Positions 59,016-64,000 of a DNA stretch of 64,000 bases are shown here, one piece after another; position 1 is the stretch's first letter, and each line of letters starts with the position of its first letter. The position numbers were made by a program, and so were the translations under genes. The stretch is from IMG/VR virus record IMGVR_UViG_3300029119_000326; one strand, given 5' to 3'. The stretch is from a virus. The notes under the pieces are model-generated. The model was not told where the DNA came from, ran no database searches, and saw only the letters and a list, made by a program, of their open reading frames with translations.

Positions 59016-59885
59016 ATGAGTACAAAATCAATAAAAATAGTGACAATTTTAATTTCGATAGCACTAATTACCTGTGTAGCGTTTTTGTTAATATTTAAAA
59101 TAAATGTTAATAATTCGTATAAACAAACTAATCAAGTTATGCAGAGTGTATTGGTGAAAAATTCAAAAGATGAAAATGATGTCGATTGGGAAAAATTGAA
59201 AGCGAAAAATAAAGATGTTATTGGCTGGCTGTCGATAAACGACACAACAATAAATACGCCTATTGTTCAATCAACAGATAATTCATATTACTTAAAGAAA
59301 AATTTTAACAAAAAATATTCTTTTAACGGTAATCCATTTATTGATTACCGTAATGATATGAATATAGGTGATACTAATACTATTATATACGGTCATAATA
59401 TGAGAGATAGTCAATTATTTGGAGAATTACTTGACATATATAAAAACTCACAAACGGCAAGTAATTACAAAATAATAAAATTGAAAACACCTAAAAGTGT
59501 ACACAAATATGCAATAATTGGAGCTTTTTATACTAATTCAGAACCTAAAGATGATAATGGATATGTTTTTGAATACAATTCACCTAATTTAGACGAAGGC
59601 GATTATGCTGACTTTTTAGCACAACTTGAACAGAGATACATATTTACATCCGGTGTTGATGTGAATATGTCTGATAAACTTCTAACTCTTTCTACATGTG
59701 CTTATCAATTTAAAAATGAGAGATTTGTAGTTGTCGCAAGAGAACTTCGTAATGGTGAATCAGAAAATTCAATAAAATTCAATTTTGAAGATGTAAATAA
59801 TCCGAGGTATCCCGACAAATGGTATAAAGTAAACCACAAAAATAACATTTACAAAAATTTGCCTAAATGGTCATTAAGCGAGTAA
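59016..59885 (+). CDS. srtB: class B sortase
   Basis: N-terminal TM. DVIGWLSINDTTINTPIVQSTDNSYYL...TIIYGHN...LLTLSTCAYQF...RFVVVAREL (His-Cys-Arg triad). Confidence 0.8.
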   Translation: MSTKSIKIVTILISIALITCVAFLLIFKINVNNSYKQTNQVMQSVLVKNSKDENDVDWEKLKAKNKDVIGWLSINDTTINTPIVQSTDNSYYLKKNFNKKYSFNGNPFIDYRNDMNIGDTNTIIYGHNMRDSQLFGELLDIYKNSQTASNYKIIKLKTPKSVHKYAIIGAFYTNSEPKDDNGYVFEYNSPNLDEGDYADFLAQLEQRYIFTSGVDVNMSDKLLTLSTCAYQFKNERFVVVARELRNGESENSIKFNFEDVNNPRYPDKWYKVNHKNNIYKNLPKWSLSE

Positions 59886-59922
59886 TACATATTTTGAAAA
59901 AATATAGGAGGTGAAAAATACG

Positions 59923-60120
59923 ATGTTTAAAAAATTGATTAACGAAATCAAAAAACTTGAATCTTTAAAACAAGCTAAACTTGAACAAAAAGCTAAACTT
60001 GATGCAGAAATCAAAATTATTGAAGCTAAATTAAAGCCAAAATATGCAGCAAGAACCAAATATGAAGAAGCTGAAAAAATGGCTCAAGAAGCTTTAGATT
60101 TTGATACGAAGGAAGAATAA
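59923..60120 (+). CDS. small coiled-coil protein
   Basis: ATG after ataggaggtg. Confidence 0.35.
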   Translation: MFKKLINEIKKLESLKQAKLEQKAKLDAEIKIIEAKLKPKYAARTKYEEAEKMAQEALDFDTKEE

Positions 60121-60230
60121 TTTGGAATAATCGTTTGCAATATTCTCGTGAGTTTGGTTATGAGAGTACTTACTAATTACAGACAATTCTAAAAAATAAT
60201 TATGTAAAAACGCATTTTTTTTACTATATA

Positions 60231-60240
60231 ACCATGTAGC
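60231..60240 (+). promoter_or_regulatory. TTACTATATA promoter-like motif heading the ncRNA/tRNA region
   Basis: Motif copy. About 420 nt of structured non-coding sequence follows. Confidence 0.4.
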
Positions 60241-60352
60241 AATAAAAAGAAGTTGTTTGCTATATCATTTTATCTCTGCGGAGGTACAGTGATTTAAGTG
60301 ATCGTGTTAAGTTACTTGTGAGGTGCTTAACTTGGCATAAGATATTTTTTCG

Positions 60353-60385
60353 GTTTTAGCCTTGTGCATGAATGCACTAAATCAT
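60353..60385 (+). repeat. degenerate CRISPR-like repeat unit
   Basis: gttttagccttgtgcatgaatgcactaaatcat vs gttttagaactgcatgaattgcatgatactaaaag (7119). Confidence 0.3.
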
Positions 60386-60644
60386 AACCATACAAGTAAT
60401 AACAAAAAAGTTAGGACTTTTTGTATTGGAAGGGTTGCTGACCTTTCCGTAGTTTTTCTAATGATTTAAAGGAAGTTTAGCAAAAGTGTACATATTACTT
60501 TACTGAATTTAATCACCGTCATTAACACGCTGATAGACAGTATTTCTCCCACAATTCGGGAAGTAAAGAGATCTATTGGTTGAAAGTAAATGGATACGGC
60601 AGAACAGTGCACATCTGCCGTATCACGATTATTAAATGTGCAGA

Positions 60645-60650
60645 TATAAT
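60645..60650 (+). promoter_or_regulatory. -10 TATAAT just upstream of the solitary repeat unit
   Basis: Perfect TATAAT. Weak -35 (atcacg). Predicted TSS falls at the repeat's first nucleotides. Confidence 0.3.
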
Positions 60651-60657
60651 GTAAGAG

Positions 60658-60693
60658 GTTTTAGAGCAGTATAAAATTGCATGGTACTAAAAA
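60658..60693 (+). CRISPR. solitary type II-like CRISPR repeat unit (36 nt) abutting tRNA-Gln
   Basis: gttttagagcagtataaaattgcatggtactaaaaa, 31/36 identical to the 61348 repeat. Ends 2 nt before the tRNA 5' end. Confidence 0.5.
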
Positions 60694-60695
60694 AT

Positions 60696-60770
60696 AGGAA
60701 TATAGCCAAACGGTAAGGCAACGGACTTTGACTCCGTTATTTGTAGGTTCGATCCCTGCTATTCCTGCCA
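60696..60770 (+). tRNA. tRNA-Gln (UUG)
   Basis: Acceptor AGGAATA/TATTCCT + G + CCA. D-arm GCC-AAACGGTAA-GGC like E. coli tRNA-Gln. Anticodon stem ACGGA/TCCGT, loop CTTTGAC. Confidence 0.8.
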
Positions 60771-60883
60771 TCAAAAAATCAACACAGACAATTCTCCTCA
60801 TTCAGTATAATATAAAAAAACGGAATTCTACATAACAAGGCAAAAGTTTTGTTGATTTCTTTTGCTTTGTTGTAAAAAATAAT

Positions 60884-60958
60884 GCAGATATGATGTAATC
60901 GGTAGCATCTTACTCTTCCAAAGTAAGTGAGCGAGTTCAAACCTCGTTATCTGCTCCA
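60884..60958 (+). tRNA. tRNA-Gly (UCC), divergent
   Basis: Acceptor GCAGATA/TATCTGC + T + CCA. Anticodon stem TTACT/AGTAA, loop CTTCCAA. T-arm GCGAG-TTCAAAC-CTCGT. Confidence 0.6.
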
Positions 60959-60964
60959 AAATAT

Positions 60965-61040
60965 TCTCCATTAGTTCAGAAGGTAGAACGGTAGACTGTT
61001 AATCTATATGTCATTGGTTCGAATCCAATATGGAGAGCCA
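60965..61040 (+). tRNA. tRNA-Asn (GUU)
   Basis: Acceptor TCTCCAT/ATGGAGA + G + CCA. D-stem GTTC/GAAC. Anticodon loop CTGTTAA. Confidence 0.75.
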
Positions 61041-61043
61041 AAC

Positions 61044-61119
61044 GGACCGTTAGCTTAGCAGGTAAAGCAACCGGCTCATAACCGGTAAACCATGGGTTCA
61101 AATCCTATACGGTCCACCA
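61044..61119 (+). tRNA. tRNA-Met (CAU) elongator, or tRNA-Ile2 if lysidinylated
   Basis: Acceptor GGACCGT/ACGGTCC + A + CCA. Anticodon stem ACCGG/CCGGT, loop CTCATAA. Confidence 0.75.
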
Positions 61120-61122
61120 TAT

Positions 61123-61198
61123 GTGTCATTAGCTCAGTAGGTAGAGCAACAGACTTTTAATCTGTGGGTCAAGGGTTCAATTCCCTTATGGCACACCA
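61123..61198 (+). tRNA. tRNA-Lys (UUU)
   Basis: Acceptor GTGTCAT/ATGGCAC + A + CCA. Anticodon stem CAGAC/GTCTG-like, loop CTTTTAA. T-loop GGTTCAATTCC. Confidence 0.75.
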
Positions 61199-61244
61199 CT
61201 TAATAGGGCTGAATTAGCAGCCTGATACTATCGTTAGACATTTT

Positions 61245-61347
61245 TGTTTGATAGTGATGAATAAGCAAAGGTTGAATAGTTAGTTCGTTTGCGGCTATGT
61301 CAGGATGTAATAGAGCTATTTAACAATGCTTAACTTTGTAATTTGAG
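61245..61347 (+). ncRNA. tracrRNA-like module, second copy (about 85% identical to 6950-7054)
   Basis: tttgatagtgatgaataagcaaaggttgaatagttagttcgtttgcggctat... Paired substitutions keep the atagtt...ggctat stem. Confidence 0.45.
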
Positions 61348-61440
61348 GTTTTAGAGCTATCTAAAATTACATGGTACTAAAAGAGAAATATATCTTTTTG
61401 TTTTAGAACTGTATGAAATATGCGTGAACTACCATACACC
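61348..61440 (+). CRISPR. type II-like CRISPR repeat (36 nt) + 16-nt gap + degenerate repeat
   Basis: gttttagagctatctaaaattacatggtactaaaag is 25/36 identical to the S. pyogenes type II-A repeat (first 13 nt identical). Second unit gttttagaactgtatgaaatat... Confidence 0.5.
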
Positions 61441-61458
61441 ATAAAGGTATGTGTTTTT
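61433..61458 (+). terminator. terminator-like hairpin + T-run
   Basis: catac...gtatg stem followed by tgttttt. Confidence 0.4.
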
Positions 61459-61536
61459 ATTGAAAATATTTTATAAAAAAAACGAGGGTTGTCTGTTACC
61501 GGATAGCCCTTTTAAACTAATTGAAAGGAGATAATT

Positions 61537-63822
61537 ATGTCAAAAATACTTGTAATTACTGAAAAATTTAGTCAAGCTAAAGCTTTAAGGGCTGGGTTAA
61601 GACAAAACATAGAAGCAAAAACATACAGTAATTCGTATAACAAGTCTAAAAATCCAAATTTGTATTACGAAGGTGATTCGACAATTATTGTTCCTGCACA
61701 TGGTCATTTATTTGAACTATATGATATTCCTGATTATCTTGAAGGAACAATTCAAAAAAATGAAAATGGAAAAACTAATTGGAGAGAATTTAGTGATAAA
61801 ATACCTTATATACCGGAAACATTTAAGTACAAACTTAAAAGCGGTTGGGAAAAAGGTCAATTTGAGTTAATTAAAAAATTGATTAACAGAGATGATGTCG
61901 AAAAAATATATAATTTTGGTGATCCAGATGCGGAAGGTGAACTTCTCATAAGAGAAATTTTAATACACGCTAACAATACTAAACCTGTCGAAAGAATTGA
62001 AACCAAATCACTTGTGCCATCTGAAATAGCAAACGAATATTATCATCCATATAATTCAAATAATTATACATATTTATATTTTGAAGCATTAGCACGACAA
62101 CAGACAGATTGGCTTACAGGCATTAACTTTACTGTTATGTTAACTTTGAAATCGGGTGTATTCTTTCCGGTGGGTCGTGTGCTTGTACCTATTGTTAGAT
62201 ATGTGTATAACAAAGTGAACGAGCATGAAAATTTTGTTCCTGAAATATCATATGGTATCAATGTGAATTTAAAAAGGGATAAAAAGAAATATATAATAAG
62301 TTCATCACAACCTGAAATATCATTTGCAAAAGATGAAAAAATCTTATGCGATAAACTCAAAAATGAACTTCAAAATGGTATTACAGTTGTTACAAAAGTT
62401 GAAAAGAAAAAGAAAAATTTTTCTCCTAAAAAATTATATTCAACTTCAAAAATTCTTGGCGATATGAGTTCAAAATACGGTTTGTCGATGGATATGACAA
62501 CTAAAGCACTTCAAATCTTATATGAAGATGCAAGAATAATGTATCCACGAACAGACTGTGAATATTTGCAGACTTGTGAAATTGACAACACAAGAAAAAC
62601 AATAGAGGGGCTTATAAGCGCAGGATACCCTTTAAAATTTCATACTAAGAAAAGTGTTTTTGACGATAAAAAGTGCGGAGAAAAAGGCGAGGGAGGACAC
62701 ACAGCGATCATTATCACTAATAAGTTCTTTAGTGACAGCGAATTTGAAGCTTTACAACCATATGTACAAGCGGTATATCTTGCGATATTTAATCGTACTA
62801 TATCTAATTTCTGTGATCCACCTGATGTTGATGAAACAACAGTAACGCTAAAAAATGGTGATTATACTTTTAAAATTAAAGGCAATGTTGTTAATTCACA
62901 AGGCTTTTTTGAATTTGAGCCAAGAGCATTATCAGATGAATTACCATATTTTGCCGAGGGCGAAGTAATTAAGGGTGCTGAATTTGAAACAGTTCAAAGA
63001 AAGACCAAAGCACCGCCTATGCCTACAAATAAAAATCTTACCAAATATCTTGAAAATCCTAATGACAATTATAATGCTGATTTATCACCGATTTCTGATA
63101 CTGAAGAATTAAATGGAATTGATGAAGAACATTATTATGAAAAAATAAAAAACGGTGCAACAATAGGTACTCCTTCAACTATCGGACCTACTGTAACAAA
63201 GGCGATAAGATATGGATATATTACTGAAACAAAAGGCACTTTGAATATTACCAAAAAAGGTAAGGCTTTGATTGAAACATTAGACAGACTCGATTTACAT
63301 AATCTCGATGCTAATCGTACAGTTGAATTAAATAAAACAATTAAGCAAATCGGCAAAAAGGTTTATACGCTTGAACAAAATAAACAAGCAATAAAAAATG
63401 AACTTTGGGAAGCATCAAAAGTAATGCGTGCAAAAAACATTGTTGTTTCTGTTGATGATTTAAGAGAACCTACTGAAACAGTTGGCAAATGTCCTTACTG
63501 CGGTTCTCCTGTATATGTCGGTAAAAATTCATATTATTGTGGAAACAAGGAATGTAAATTTTATTTATATAAGGAAGATAGCTTTTTTAAAAATGTGTTA
63601 GGCAATAAAACAATTACAAAAACCCAAGCAAAAGGATTTCTTTCATCTAATAGACAAGCTAAAGTTACATCCATAAAAAGCAAAAAGAAATTTGATGAAA
63701 ATGGAAAGCCAAAAGTATATGATGCAATAATCACTGTCGATTTTGAAGGCGGCAAAACAAAATTTTCATTTGGCGAATTTGCTGAAAAGAAAAAAATCAA
63801 AAAAGGAGGCAGTAAAAAATGA
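61537..63822 (+). CDS. topB: type IA DNA topoisomerase (TopB/topoisomerase III-like) with a C-terminal zinc ribbon
   Basis: TOPRIM ILVITEKFSQAKAL...FGDPDAEGELLIREIL. Later ...CPYCGSPVYVGKNSYYCGNKEC. Confidence 0.75.
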   Translation: MSKILVITEKFSQAKALRAGLRQNIEAKTYSNSYNKSKNPNLYYEGDSTIIVPAHGHLFELYDIPDYLEGTIQKNENGKTNWREFSDKIPYIPETFKYKLKSGWEKGQFELIKKLINRDDVEKIYNFGDPDAEGELLIREILIHANNTKPVERIETKSLVPSEIANEYYHPYNSNNYTYLYFEALARQQTDWLTGINFTVMLTLKSGVFFPVGRVLVPIVRYVYNKVNEHENFVPEISYGINVNLKRDKKKYIISSSQPEISFAKDEKILCDKLKNELQNGITVVTKVEKKKKNFSPKKLYSTSKILGDMSSKYGLSMDMTTKALQILYEDARIMYPRTDCEYLQTCEIDNTRKTIEGLISAGYPLKFHTKKSVFDDKKCGEKGEGGHTAIIITNKFFSDSEFEALQPYVQAVYLAIFNRTISNFCDPPDVDETTVTLKNGDYTFKIKGNVVNSQGFFEFEPRALSDELPYFAEGEVIKGAEFETVQRKTKAPPMPTNKNLTKYLENPNDNYNADLSPISDTEELNGIDEEHYYEKIKNGATIGTPSTIGPTVTKAIRYGYITETKGTLNITKKGKALIETLDRLDLHNLDANRTVELNKTIKQIGKKVYTLEQNKQAIKNELWEASKVMRAKNIVVSVDDLREPTETVGKCPYCGSPVYVGKNSYYCGNKECKFYLYKEDSFFKNVLGNKTITKTQAKGFLSSNRQAKVTSIKSKKKFDENGKPKVYDAIITVDFEGGKTKFSFGEFAEKKKIKKGGSKK

Positions 63823-63998
63823 CAACACTTACTTTAATTTTAGTATTGCTTAGTATTAGTATTGTCGAATCTATTATATTCACTTTAGCAGTTAAAACTT
63901 ACAAAGTATTTTTTAAAATCATAGGGTTTGTTGCCTTTATCGCAATCATTGTTATAGCGGCATTTTTCTTTTATAAATACGGATATATTATGATTTAA
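63819..63998 (+). CDS. small membrane protein (59 aa)
   Basis: RBS aaaggagg; two TM segments. Confidence 0.35.
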   Translation: MTTLTLILVLLSISIVESIIFTLAVKTYKVFFKIIGFVAFIAIIVIAAFFFYKYGYIMI

Positions 63999-64000
63999 TG

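Noticed and set aside
6950-61347. The two ~100-nt homologous segments as attL/attR of an integrated element
   Set aside because: They are only about 85% identical, with scattered and partly compensatory substitutions. att cores would be identical. No integrase or recombinase is present in the window.
7055-61440. Repeats as type VI (Cas13a) or type V repeats, because the ends GTTTTAGA...ACTAAAAG resemble Cas13a GATTTAGA...GACTAAAAC
   Set aside because: There is no internal GC stem-loop of the kind Cas13/Cas12 repeats need. The first 13 nt and the ATGGTnCnAAAA tail match type II-A repeats much better. A tracrRNA-like nexus is present upstream.
1-64000. Search for a Cas9/Cas12/IscB/TnpB-like nuclease to go with the repeats
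   Set aside because: No ORF shows a RuvC-I (IGLDIGxxSVG-like) N-terminus, an HNH motif or a TnpB-like C-terminus. The two approximately 1950-1970-aa ORFs are signal-peptide-bearing adhesin/LRR proteins. Any effector must lie outside the window or in the host.

Overview
This is an AT-rich (about 30% GC) window that looks like Firmicutes/Clostridia DNA, and almost every gene is on the + strand. I read it as accessory mobile DNA, probably a conjugative plasmid or ICE segment with phage-like cargo.

Conjugative-style genes: a VirD4/TraG coupling protein (18954-21443), a TOPRIM topoisomerase (61537-63822), a 1955-aa thioester/CnaB adhesin ending in IPKTG (9281-15148), and a class B sortase (59016-59885).

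Phage-style genes: two YopX proteins, three GIY-YIG proteins, an Rnl1-like RNA ligase, a long-form ribosome hibernation factor, and five clustered tRNAs at 60696-61198 (Gln, Gly, Asn, Met, Lys).

Left end (1-7600): a small defence/TA islet with UDG, a HicB-like gene overlapping a TIR-domain gene and a secreted EndA-like nuclease, a textbook YefM-YoeB pair with TGTACA operators, a CoiA-like protein, and a candidate 21-aa type I toxin.

The most unusual signal is non-coding. There are at least three loci of 36-nt repeats that closely resemble type II-A CRISPR repeats (GTTTTAGAGCTAT...ATGGTACTAAAAG).
- 6950-7204: a tracrRNA-like module, then repeat, a 32-nt GC-rich spacer, repeat and a terminator.
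- 61245-61458: a second tracrRNA-like module with repeats, directly 3' of the tRNA cluster.
- 60658-60693: a solitary repeat with its own -10, 2 nt upstream of tRNA-Gln.
Each tracrRNA-like module has an anti-repeat and a TAGTCCG nexus-like motif. No cas gene is present in the window. I read these as orphan, MGE-borne tracrRNA/mini-array or CRISPR-mimic RNAs.

Other signals:
- A 10-mer, TTACTATATA, recurs at least 10 times upstream of + strand operons and looks like an element-specific promoter.
- Downstream (51789-59885), a signal peptidase I sits among three secreted paralogs that share an N-terminal module and carry different C-terminal domains.
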